Assembly: GCA_965223265.1 (NCBI GenBank)
Contig: OZ244999.1
Coordinates: 416,001-480,000, forward strand
Length of the DNA: 64,000 nt
Direction: 5' to 3'
From: Planctomycetota bacterium
GTDB taxonomy: Bacteria > Planctomycetota > UBA8108 > SXIK01
The notes under the pieces are model-generated. The model had not been told where the DNA came from, searched no databases, and worked only from the letters and a program-made list of their open reading frames with translations. Shown here piece after piece: positions 39,875-48,878 of the stretch. The number at the start of each line of letters is the position of its first letter. Within the stretch, counting starts at the first letter, position 1. The translations under genes were made by a program, and so were the position numbers.

Positions 39875-42268
39875 ATGAAACTGAGTCGTTTTTTGTTCCC
39901 GCACCTGCTGGGTCGACGTCTGCCGATCGTTCGCGGTACGCTCGAGATCGGTGGCATCGAAGGCCCCATCAGGATTCGACGAGACACCTGGGGGATCCCT
40001 CACATCGCGGCGCAGTCGTCTAGCGACGCCTGGTTCGGACTTGGTTTTTGCCAAGGTCAAGATCGGGCGTTTCAGCTCGAAGTGCTGTCGCGTCTCGTGC
40101 GAGGAACGCTCGCTGCTCTGGTGGGGGAGAAGGCCCTCCCGCTTGATCGCACGTCGCGCCATCTCGGATTTCGTCGACACGCCGCTGCTCAGGTCGGCGT
40201 GCAGTCGGCCGCAACGGGCTCGATCGTGAAAGCTTTCGCTCGAGGCGTGGTAGCAGGAACGCGGCACGGACTGACTCGTCGCCCGCACGAGTTCGCTCTC
40301 CTCCGCGCCCATCCGTCGGCTTTCGAGCCGACGGATGTTATGGGGATTCTCGGCATCTTCTCGTTTGCGTTGGCTTCGAACTGGGACGCGGAACTGATGC
40401 GTCTTCGCATCGCCCACGGCGAGGGAGCAGAGGTGCTGCGCCGATTCGATCCCGCGCTCTGCGCGCCTCGGGCTGCGGCAGCGCAGCATGGCGAGCGGAC
40501 TGACGGTGGACGACGACCTGACGTGATCGACCTCCAGCGCCTTCAAGCTTTCGAGGCGGACCTCAGACGTTTTCAGGAAGCGACACGTCTCTCTGGGGCG
40601 TCGAACAATTGGGTGCTGGCGTCGCGAAAAACGCGTACCGGACGTGCACTCTTGGCCAACGACCCCCACCTAGCACCGGTGCTACCTCCGCACTGGTATT
40701 TGGCCCACCTCGCGACCCCAAGCTGGAGCTTGGCGGGTGCTGCTCTCGCGGGCACACCGGGAATCGCCGCTGGCCACAATGGCCATGTCGCCTGGGGGGT
40801 GACGGCCGGGCTCGCCGACAACACGGATCTCTTTCTCGAGCGACTGGATGCCTCCGGCACGGCAGCGCTGACGGCGGGCGAGTTTCAACCGTGCGACGTC
40901 TTCGACGAAGAGATCGAGGTGCGGCACTCCCAGTCGCGACGGGAGAGAGTCGTCGCGACTCCGCGCGGCCCGGTGGTGAGCGCGGTTCTCGATTCCGGTG
41001 GGACAGCAGTGTCGATGCGAGGTGTTTGGATGGAGCCGCGTCCGGTGAACGGTTTTTTGCAATTGGCTCGAGCTCGTAGTGGCGCGGACCTGCGTCGTGC
41101 GTTTGCCGCTTGGCCGTTCCTGAGCTTGAACGTGGTCCACGCAAGTTTGGACGGAGACATCGGCTGGGAGCTGGTTGGAGAACTGCCGCGTCGTTGCATG
41201 GGGAATGGCGTTTTCCCTCTTCCCGGCTGGGAGGTGGATGCGCCATGGGAAGAGTCAACAGTCGACGTCGACTCGATGCCGTCAATCGACAATCCCACGG
41301 AATCGTTCGTCGCGACCGCCAATGGAGCGCCGCCGGGAGATGACCTTCAGCGGGCGGCGCTTGGTGTCGATTGGCTCGACGAGTATCGCTCGCGTCGAAT
41401 TCGCGCGGCGCTGCGCGGACGCGACGACTGGGATGTTGCTGATTTGCTTGCCTTGCAGCTCGACACGGATTCGCTTCTCTGGCGTGAGCTGCGAGATCGA
41501 GTTCTGGCGCTGAAGGTGGAAACTCGTGATGAACGAGAGGCTTTGGCGGTGCTGGCATCATGGGACGGCGACGTGGCCGCTGATTCGATCGGCGCATCGG
41601 TCTTCGAGTTCTTCGTCAGCCATCTCTGCCGCGAGATCATGGCCGAACTCAGCGGCCGCAGTAGCGAAGCGCTTGTAGGCGCGAATCTTAGCCCGCTGCA
41701 GTCGTTCACGACGCTAGTGGCACGGCACGGCGAGTGTATCAGCCGGTTCGTTGCAGGCGACCACGACGTGTCGCACAATACAGTCGACGCTGCGCTGTGT
41801 CTGGCGTTGAGGCGAGCTTTCAGCGATCTCACGAGGCGATACGGGAGTGACACGAAACGCTGGCGCTGGGGGCAGGTTCGGCCGCTCGTCTTGCGTCATC
41901 CGCTTGGCGTCGGTCGACTGCTCGGTTCGATCTTCAATCGAGGACCGTTCCCGTGCGGCGGCGATGCAAACACCGTATCGCAAGCGGCGGTGAACCTTCT
42001 TGAGCCGAGCAGCGACGTTCTTTTCAACGCCTCTTTGCGTATGGTCGTCGATGTCGGCAGTTGGGACGCAAGCCGTTTCGTTCTTCCCGGTGGCCAATCG
42101 GGAAATCCATGTTCACCGCACTACGACGATCAACTCGAATTCTGGCTCAAGGGCGCGGCGGTCCCAATGGCGTTCAGCGAAGAAGCTGTCGCGAACGACT
42201 GTAGATCCGAGTTGGTCCTACGACCGACACAATACCTTGAGGATGTGGCTGATGACAAAGGAACGTGA
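39875..42268 (+). CDS. Penicillin acylase family (Ntn hydrolase)
   Basis: RDTWGIPHI, QDRAFQLE, catalytic SNNW, LANDPHL, GGQSG..SPHYDDQ; start taken at ATG 39875. Confidence 0.92.
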   Translation: MKLSRFLFPHLLGRRLPIVRGTLEIGGIEGPIRIRRDTWGIPHIAAQSSSDAWFGLGFCQGQDRAFQLEVLSRLVRGTLAALVGEKALPLDRTSRHLGFRRHAAAQVGVQSAATGSIVKAFARGVVAGTRHGLTRRPHEFALLRAHPSAFEPTDVMGILGIFSFALASNWDAELMRLRIAHGEGAEVLRRFDPALCAPRAAAAQHGERTDGGRRPDVIDLQRLQAFEADLRRFQEATRLSGASNNWVLASRKTRTGRALLANDPHLAPVLPPHWYLAHLATPSWSLAGAALAGTPGIAAGHNGHVAWGVTAGLADNTDLFLERLDASGTAALTAGEFQPCDVFDEEIEVRHSQSRRERVVATPRGPVVSAVLDSGGTAVSMRGVWMEPRPVNGFLQLARARSGADLRRAFAAWPFLSLNVVHASLDGDIGWELVGELPRRCMGNGVFPLPGWEVDAPWEESTVDVDSMPSIDNPTESFVATANGAPPGDDLQRAALGVDWLDEYRSRRIRAALRGRDDWDVADLLALQLDTDSLLWRELRDRVLALKVETRDEREALAVLASWDGDVAADSIGASVFEFFVSHLCREIMAELSGRSSEALVGANLSPLQSFTTLVARHGECISRFVAGDHDVSHNTVDAALCLALRRAFSDLTRRYGSDTKRWRWGQVRPLVLRHPLGVGRLLGSIFNRGPFPCGGDANTVSQAAVNLLEPSSDVLFNASLRMVVDVGSWDASRFVLPGGQSGNPCSPHYDDQLEFWLKGAAVPMAFSEEAVANDCRSELVLRPTQYLEDVADDKGT

Positions 42269-43478
42269 CGAAACCGGATCGGAGCCGGAGCAGCCGGAGC
42301 AGCAGGGGATGGCGACACGGGCCATTCACTCAGGTCGCGAGCTTCACGATGCGACGCCTTTGGTGCCGCCGATTTACCAGTCAACAACCTTTGCGCTCTC
42401 TTCGGCCGCCGAAGGCGCTGCCATGGCGGTTGCCACGAGACCGACGGATTTCTACACGCGCTGGGGAAATCCCACGATTCGCGCTGCTGAAAACGTGGCG
42501 GCGAGTCTGGAGGGCGTAGAGGCGGCGCTCGCAGTCTCGTCAGGGATGGCCGCCTTGACTCTCGTTGTCTTCTCTCACCTGGACGCAGGTGACCATCTCG
42601 TCATCGGCGAATCGATCTACTCCGGCGTGCAGGAGATAGCGACGTCGGTACTGCCGCGCTACGGCATCGAAGCGACGCGCGTCGATAGCCGCGACGTTCA
42701 CGCGATCGAGGCGGCGCTGCGGGCCGACACGCGTTTGATTCTTGTTGAGTCTCCGACTAATCCGACGCTCGACCTGTGCGATCTCCGCCGTCTTGCGGAT
42801 CTTGGGAAACGTCGAGGCATCGCTACAGCAGTCGACAATACGTTCGCCACCCCGGTGCTTCAGAGACCTCAGGAGCTCGGCATCGATACGGTTGTCCATT
42901 CGGCGACGAAGTATCTCGGCGGACACTCCGATGTCACCGGCGGCCTTGTGTGCAGTTCGAAGGAAAACATCGAACGCGCCTGGAAGCTCCTTAAGCTCTT
43001 CGGCAGTTGTCTGAGCCCGTTCGAAGCATGGTTGCTACAGCGTGGCATGAAGACTCTCACTCTACGTGTCGAACGACAGAGCCGTACTGCCCTCGAGCTT
43101 GCACGTTTCCTGGAGACACACCCGCGGGTTGAACGCGTCCACTATCCTGGGCTGGAGTCCCACCCGCAGCACGCTCTGGCGCGACTCCAGATGCAAGGCT
43201 TCGGCGGTATGCTCGCATTCGAAGTTGACGGCGGCTACGATGCCGGTAAGGCGGTCGCGGAGTCGCTCCAGGTGATTCAGCTTGCCGTCAGCCTTGGGGG
43301 CGTGGAATCGATCATTCAGCATCCGGCGTCCATGTCGCACGGAATGCTGGCGGAGGACGCGCGGCGGGCTGCACGCATCACTCCGGGGCTCTTGAGACTT
43401 TCAGTCGGCCTCGAAGCGGTAGAGGACCTACAACGCGACCTTGAACGCGCGCTTCTCGCCGTGGTGAATCGTTCGTGA
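42252..43478 (+). CDS. Cys/Met metabolism PLP enzyme (methionine gamma-lyase / cystathionine gamma-synthase-like)
   Basis: YTRWGNPT, SSGMAA, ESPTNP, VDNTFATP, HSATKYLGGHSD, SLGGVES, LRLSVGLE. Confidence 0.92.
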   Translation: MTKERDETGSEPEQPEQQGMATRAIHSGRELHDATPLVPPIYQSTTFALSSAAEGAAMAVATRPTDFYTRWGNPTIRAAENVAASLEGVEAALAVSSGMAALTLVVFSHLDAGDHLVIGESIYSGVQEIATSVLPRYGIEATRVDSRDVHAIEAALRADTRLILVESPTNPTLDLCDLRRLADLGKRRGIATAVDNTFATPVLQRPQELGIDTVVHSATKYLGGHSDVTGGLVCSSKENIERAWKLLKLFGSCLSPFEAWLLQRGMKTLTLRVERQSRTALELARFLETHPRVERVHYPGLESHPQHALARLQMQGFGGMLAFEVDGGYDAGKAVAESLQVIQLAVSLGGVESIIQHPASMSHGMLAEDARRAARITPGLLRLSVGLEAVEDLQRDLERALLAVVNRS

Positions 43479-43645
43479 CCTTGACGCCGACGTTCCTTCT
43501 TCCGTCTACTACGATGTCGGCTGATCGAGTCGCGTCCGCCGCGGTGCGGCAGCGCGCAGCGCCGCGCCGCGCCGCACCGCACGATGCGAGGTACCCTTCA
43601 TCCCGCCATGCACCAGGAGCCCTTCGGGACCTAGGAAAGATCGTC

Positions 43646-44068
43646 ATGGATAACTTTGTTGCCGACATGATTTTCGTGGACGCGCCAGCGGAGCGGGTGT
43701 ACCGCGCGCTGGTCGAGCCGGACGAGCTCCTCGAGTGGCTGAGCGTCGACGAGGCCGTCGTCGGTGCCTGGCCGGAAGGAGAGTATCGCGTTCGCTGGAG
43801 CGACGGCGCCGAGCTTCGGGGAGAGGTGCAAGCTCTTTTGCCGCAGACCGGAGTCACGCTGCGGGACGTCTACTGGACGGCAGAGGGTGAATCGCGCGGG
43901 CCGAGCCGCCTCAACTTCGTCTTGCGGGAAGAAGGGGGCGGCGTTTGGTTGACGGTTCGCCATGAAGACCTCGACCAGGGTCCGATGTGGGAGACTTTTG
44001 CGCAGCACATGCGCCGCTGTTGGGTCGACGCCACGGTGGCTCTGAAACGTCATGTGGAGCAGATCTGA
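43646..44068 (+). CDS. SRPBCC/AHSA1-like domain protein
   Basis: DAPAERVYRAL..LLEW, LTVRHE, W...LKRHVE; start taken at ATG 43646. Confidence 0.8.
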   Translation: MDNFVADMIFVDAPAERVYRALVEPDELLEWLSVDEAVVGAWPEGEYRVRWSDGAELRGEVQALLPQTGVTLRDVYWTAEGESRGPSRLNFVLREEGGGVWLTVRHEDLDQGPMWETFAQHMRRCWVDATVALKRHVEQI

Positions 44069-44179
44069 GCGGTGCATCATCGACGCTCGACGCATCGACG
44101 TGTCGGAGGCGGCCCTGTGACGACGACGCGCGTGGCGTGAAGCTGCTCCGGTCGCGAGCGAATCGCTGTTGAAAGACCT

Positions 44180-45562
44180 ATGAAGCGACAGTTTGAAGTA
44201 GAACCTCTGGTCGTTCAGGTTGCCGAGTCAATTCGTGACGCCGGCGGGACCGCTCTTCTCGTCGGAGGCTGGATTCGTGATCGCCTTCTCGATTTGCCGT
44301 CGAAGGACTACGATTTCGAGGTTTACGGACTGACACTCGAGCGACTGGAGAAGGAACTCGCTCGTTACGGAGAGGTGATCGCCGTTGGGCGAGCGTTCGG
44401 CGTCTTTCGCGTCAAGGGGCTGGACATTGATTTCTCGATTCCACGTCGCGATTCAAAGACCGGGAGGGGGCACCGTGGCTTTCTTGTCGAGCTCGACCCG
44501 TCGCTCGACCTCGCGACCGCGGCGCGTCGCCGAGATTTGACCATCAACAGCATCGCCTACGATCCTCTGACTGGTGACGTACTGGATCCCCATCGAGGAC
44601 TCGAGGACCTCGAAGCTGGTGTCCTGCGTGCAACGGATCCCAGTCGGTTTGCGGAGGATTCCCTGCGAGGGCTGCGTGTGGCTCAGTTCGTGGCGCGCTT
44701 TGAGATGCAACCCGACGCCGAGCTGCACCGGCTGTGCGGCGCGCTCGATCTTTCCGACCTTCCGGGCGAGCGTCTCTTCGCGGAACTACGGAAGCTACTT
44801 CTGAAAGGAACGCGGCCGTCGAGCGGGCTTGAATTCATGAGAACCACTGGGTTGCTGGCGATCTTCCCGGAGCTCGAAGCCATGATCGGAGTGCCGCAGG
44901 ATCCGCAGTGGCATCCAGAAGGGACGGTGTGGGAGCACACACTGTTGGTCGTCGACGAAGCCGCCTCGGCGCGTCGCGGGGACGAAGACGATTTGCCGCT
45001 GCTCCTGGGCGCGCTGTGCCACGACCTGGGGAAGCCACCGACGACTGTTTGCGTCGATGGGCGGGTCCGGTCTCCGGAGCACGACGAAGTCGGCGTGCCT
45101 CTGACCGAGTCGTTCTTAAACCGCCTCCGCGCACCACATGACCTCATCGCAAAAGTGTGCGCGTTGGTGCGACACCACTTGGCTCCTGCTAGCCTGGTCA
45201 AAGGTGGCGCCAAGGATCGCGGTTACCGCCGTTTGGCGCGGCGTCTTTCGAAAGCTGGTGTCGACTCCCAGCTTCTGTACCGCCTTGCTAGGTGTGATCA
45301 CTTCGGTCGCACGACGCCGGACGCATTGGCGCGGGAGTTTGAGTTTGGTGACGACTTTCTGCGGCGTATGGAGGATCTTTCGATCGCAGCGCATGCTGAC
45401 CCTGACGTCGTCCTCGGTCGACATCTGATCGAGCGTGGCTTCAAACCGGGTCCCTGGTTTGGGAACGTCCTGAAGGTTTGCCGCGAGATTCAAGACGACA
45501 CGGGTTGGAGGAACCACGACCGGATTCTCGACCGTGCGCTAGAGCAGATCGACGCACCTTGA
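44180..45562 (+). CDS. cca: CCA tRNA nucleotidyltransferase with HD domain
   Basis: VGGWIRD..DYDFEV, RRDLTINS, FAEDSLR, HPEG, HDLGK. Confidence 0.88.
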   Translation: MKRQFEVEPLVVQVAESIRDAGGTALLVGGWIRDRLLDLPSKDYDFEVYGLTLERLEKELARYGEVIAVGRAFGVFRVKGLDIDFSIPRRDSKTGRGHRGFLVELDPSLDLATAARRRDLTINSIAYDPLTGDVLDPHRGLEDLEAGVLRATDPSRFAEDSLRGLRVAQFVARFEMQPDAELHRLCGALDLSDLPGERLFAELRKLLLKGTRPSSGLEFMRTTGLLAIFPELEAMIGVPQDPQWHPEGTVWEHTLLVVDEAASARRGDEDDLPLLLGALCHDLGKPPTTVCVDGRVRSPEHDEVGVPLTESFLNRLRAPHDLIAKVCALVRHHLAPASLVKGGAKDRGYRRLARRLSKAGVDSQLLYRLARCDHFGRTTPDALAREFEFGDDFLRRMEDLSIAAHADPDVVLGRHLIERGFKPGPWFGNVLKVCREIQDDTGWRNHDRILDRALEQIDAP

Positions 45563-45596
45563 GAGACGTTGGGGCTGCGAGCAGGAACGCGGACGA

Positions 45597-46601
45597 TCAG
45601 TTGCGCGCCGCTCCGATGCCGCTGCCACTGCGTTTGGTGGGGAACCGCCGCGTCAGAGTCACTACGTAGCGTTCGCCTTGAAGTCGACGGGCCGCTGTAT
45701 GCAGTAGATCCTCGAGTACCTGCGCTGGCGTGGGTCCGCTTCCAGGGTCGGCACCGCGAAGGTCCGTCGGCGCGGATTTGACGAGATCGAGCAGCGTGAC
45801 GCGCTGATTTGGTGGCAACGGCGAGCGGCGGGCGCCGTTGACGGCAACGCGCCAGCCTACCACCCGGGCCGTGATTTCGAGGCATTCGAGAATCGAACGT
45901 CCGCGCACGCGATGCGTGAGCCTGAGGAGATCAGATCGACCCGCGTCGACCGCAAAATCTGCCCCGGCCAGATCGCAGAGCTCTTCAAGGATCTCTGTGA
46001 GCGTGCGAGATCGACCCTCGAAGTGATCCAGCTGGCGATTCAAAGGGTGTTCGATCTCGACATAGCTGAGCGTTTCGAAATCGAGCTCACTCAGGCGTCG
46101 CGGCTGCACTCGGTAGCGAACTGGACGGTCTTTTACGTGGACGAGTTGCAGATCGCTGGATCCCGTCTCGGCGCTGTCAGGGTCCTTGTCGCGCGCCGCC
46201 TCTTCTCGCAGCGTCCAGCGATCTTCGCCGCGTCTCACCTCGCTGGATCCGTCGGCTGCCAACACCTTCATGTACGACGCGGTGTGGATAGTGGCGTTCA
46301 GATTCCACTGCATTTCCCAGTCGGCCACAACCGCCGCGACGTCTTCAGGGCGAAGCGCAGTGGCGGCGCGAAACGATGGACTTGGACGGAGAACGTCCAA
46401 AAAGTCATCGACGGCCTTTTTGGGTGCAATGTGGAGCTCACTCGACTCGCTGGTTCGAGAGGCGGTGGACATACGTGGCCAACCCTCGTAGGTAGAGTTG
46501 CGTGCTCGCGTTCGTCGTTTGACGAATAGTTCCTTTTCCTGCGTTCGGCGTTTCGCCGTCTGCTGAAGATCTCTATACACGCGCGAAGCCATTCTGTCCA
46601 C
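45597..46601 (-). CDS. Hypothetical protein with a possible STN-like domain
   Basis: 334-aa ORF filling the gap; segment TLTEILEELCDLAGADF..SILECLEI resembles secretin/TonB N-terminal domains. Confidence 0.5.
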   Translation of the reverse strand: MDRMASRVYRDLQQTAKRRTQEKELFVKRRTRARNSTYEGWPRMSTASRTSESSELHIAPKKAVDDFLDVLRPSPSFRAATALRPEDVAAVVADWEMQWNLNATIHTASYMKVLAADGSSEVRRGEDRWTLREEAARDKDPDSAETGSSDLQLVHVKDRPVRYRVQPRRLSELDFETLSYVEIEHPLNRQLDHFEGRSRTLTEILEELCDLAGADFAVDAGRSDLLRLTHRVRGRSILECLEITARVVGWRVAVNGARRSPLPPNQRVTLLDLVKSAPTDLRGADPGSGPTPAQVLEDLLHTAARRLQGERYVVTLTRRFPTKRSGSGIGAARN

Positions 46602-46674
46602 CGCGTGGCATCATTCTCGGAACTTGGCCGAATGCGGCTGGGCCCATGCTGTACACGAATCGACGGACAAGCTG

Positions 46675-47697
46675 CTAGCCTGAAGCGCTGCGGGCGAGAA
46701 GGCGTTCGACGATACTGACATACGCGTCGGTTGCCCGCAGCATCGCCGACTTCTCGATCTTTTCCGTCGCGGTGTGTGCGTCAAGAATCGAGCCCGGGCC
46801 AAAGAGGATCGGTTTTCCGACAGCGCTCAGCGATGGAACATCGGTGCCGAACGAAACGACCGTCTCCGGGAAACCGCTCAAGCGCTCCAGTCGATGCGGT
46901 GGCATGCGCAGCCAGAAATCGAGCTCGACGTGATCGTCAGCGGAGCCATCGGCGTTGCGAAAGCACGCTTCTACCCTCTGGATGACGTCCTCGACTCTGC
47001 CAACGATCCGAATCATCAGAGACGCCTCGGCCTGCGATGCGAGGACGTTGTGGATGACCCCACCACTTAGGGTGCCGATGTTGAGGGTTGCGTCACCCAA
47101 GACCGGGTCCGATCCGAGGTCGACTCGACGAAGTCTCTCAAGACCGGTGAGCAGGCGGTGGATCGCGCTGTCCCCTTGTTCCGGATAGGCGGAATGGCAT
47201 GCCGTTCCCTGCACTCTAATCGACACGGCCACCGCCCCTTTGTGGCCAACGGCGATCTTCTCCTCGGTGGGCTCGCCAACGATCAGATACTCACACCTGA
47301 CGTGCTCGTTGGCCACCCGCGCGCCCGCGTTGTCGACCTCTTCACCAACGACGAAAAGATAGCCGAAATCAGAAACTCCACGGGCGAGGAGCCGGCGGCC
47401 AGCCTCCAGCATACAGGCCGCAATTCCCTTCGTATCACAGGCGCCGCGCCCATAGAGGAAGGTGTCATCTTCGCCGAGGGGCACGTGGGGCGGCACGGTA
47501 TCGGTGTGCGTGCAGAAGAGAACACGGGCGTTCTGTGGTCCGGCGAGCAGATTTCGGCGTCCCGGTTCAACCTGTTGCGAGGAGACCGGCAGCCCCATCT
47601 CGACGAGCGCCGACTCAAGGTATCGAGTGACGGGTTCCTCGTTGCCGGTACAAGATTCAATGCCGATCAGGTCGCGGGCTTGTTGGAAGATCTGCAT
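46675..47697 (-). CDS. M20 metallopeptidase (ArgE/DapE-like)
   Basis: THTDTVPP, GRGACDTKG, GEE, VGEPT, HSAYPE, GPGSILDAHT; start taken at ATG 47697. Confidence 0.9.
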   Translation of the reverse strand: MQIFQQARDLIGIESCTGNEEPVTRYLESALVEMGLPVSSQQVEPGRRNLLAGPQNARVLFCTHTDTVPPHVPLGEDDTFLYGRGACDTKGIAACMLEAGRRLLARGVSDFGYLFVVGEEVDNAGARVANEHVRCEYLIVGEPTEEKIAVGHKGAVAVSIRVQGTACHSAYPEQGDSAIHRLLTGLERLRRVDLGSDPVLGDATLNIGTLSGGVIHNVLASQAEASLMIRIVGRVEDVIQRVEACFRNADGSADDHVELDFWLRMPPHRLERLSGFPETVVSFGTDVPSLSAVGKPILFGPGSILDAHTATEKIEKSAMLRATDAYVSIVERLLARSASG

Positions 47698-47770
47698 GTG
47701 GCGGTCGTCGCTCGAGCGCGACTGGTGCGATGGTGCCCGAAAGGCTGTCGACACGGGCTGGCGTGGCCGT

Positions 47771-48244
47771 CTACAGGTCGTCTGCGGTCACGCGGCGGTC
47801 GACCTCGTCGAGGTAAAGGTATTCAATGACTTGCTCTGACTCAGCCGACGCCAATGGTACGTAGAGCCCCGTCGATGTTGCGAAGACCCTGCCGTCGTGA
47901 TCGGTCACCTGCCCTTTCGTGCGTGTGGCTCGACTCCGGACTTCCGTCACCTCGGCGTCGACGCGCAGTTCTTTTCCTGCCGCAACCGGGAGGCGGTATT
48001 TGATCTGCAGGTCGATCGAGTAACACAGGCGGCCGTAGTGCGAGGCTGGTGCCCACGCCATGGCTTCGTCGAGGATTGAGGCGATCACGCCACCGTGGAT
48101 TCGATCGCGGTAGCCGCAGTGCTTGGCGTGCGGCGTCCAGGCGCAGGTGACACGAACGCCATCACGATAGAACTGCATGCTGAGACCGGCGGAGTTGGCG
48201 TCGCCGCAAACGAAGCACTCTTTGTAACGCGGTAACTTGACCAT
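47771..48244 (-). CDS. PaaI family thioesterase
   Basis: CFVCG..N..GL, HGGVIASILDE. Confidence 0.88.
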   Translation of the reverse strand: MVKLPRYKECFVCGDANSAGLSMQFYRDGVRVTCAWTPHAKHCGYRDRIHGGVIASILDEAMAWAPASHYGRLCYSIDLQIKYRLPVAAGKELRVDAEVTEVRSRATRTKGQVTDHDGRVFATSTGLYVPLASAESEQVIEYLYLDEVDRRVTADDL

Positions 48245-48267
48245 TTCGTCGTTCTTAACGGTTCAGC

Positions 48268-48295
48268 TTGACTCAAACGATTGGCTCTCTACAAT
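48268..48295 (+). promoter_or_regulatory. Putative sigma70 promoter
   Basis: TTGACT-16 bp-TACAAT upstream of ATG 48352. Confidence 0.5.
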
Positions 48296-48351
48296 ACGAG
48301 CCGTCGTCGTGGCGATGCCAAAGAAAACCTTTGAGCTGGAGGGCCGAAGAG

Positions 48352-48870
48352 ATGTTCGTTCTCTCCTTCATTCGCGGCCTCTACCGAGCGTTCGGTGTCG
48401 ACGCCTCTCCCACCGCGATCGCCCTCGGTATCGCCTTCGGTTGTGTGGCCGGAAGTGTACCCCTGACATCGCGCGCGGGGATCCTTTTCGTCCTTTTGAT
48501 TGCGGTCGTACGTGTCCAAGCGCGTGCCGCGATCTTGGCGTGGGGCCTTATGCGATTGGCTTCACTTGCGGGGTTCAGCGCGCTTTTCAATGCTGTCGGC
48601 CATTCGGTTCTTTACGCTGAGGGGCTGCGCGGCTTTTGGGTCTGGTTCCTTAATCTGCCAGTCGTCGCATGGCTGGAGCTCGAACGCGAGGCCATCTTGG
48701 GAGGAATCCTCTTGGGGGGCGCTGTCGGTGCACTGCTTTTCGTGCCGATTCGCTATAGCGTCATTGCCTACCGGCGCTGGGCGGAGGACCGATTGAAGCA
48801 GAGCAAGTTCTTCAAGTGGCTGGTCAATTTCTGGGTGATCCGCATCCTCCGGTTCGTTTTTGTTGGTTGA
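48352..48870 (+). CDS. TIGR03546-like (DUF2062-related) membrane protein
   Basis: SPTAIALGIAFG, VGHSVL, NLPVVAW, VIAYRR; precedes a TIGR03545-like gene. Confidence 0.72.
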   Translation: MFVLSFIRGLYRAFGVDASPTAIALGIAFGCVAGSVPLTSRAGILFVLLIAVVRVQARAAILAWGLMRLASLAGFSALFNAVGHSVLYAEGLRGFWVWFLNLPVVAWLELEREAILGGILLGGAVGALLFVPIRYSVIAYRRWAEDRLKQSKFFKWLVNFWVIRILRFVFVG

Positions 48871-48878
48871 GTGACGCC

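Noticed and set aside
42276-42305. Short 9-bp duplication GCCGGAGCA
   Set aside because: Only two copies, encoding a low-complexity N-terminus
43545-43582. GCGCC/GCACC pentamer run
   Set aside because: Short low-complexity GC stretch with no additional structure
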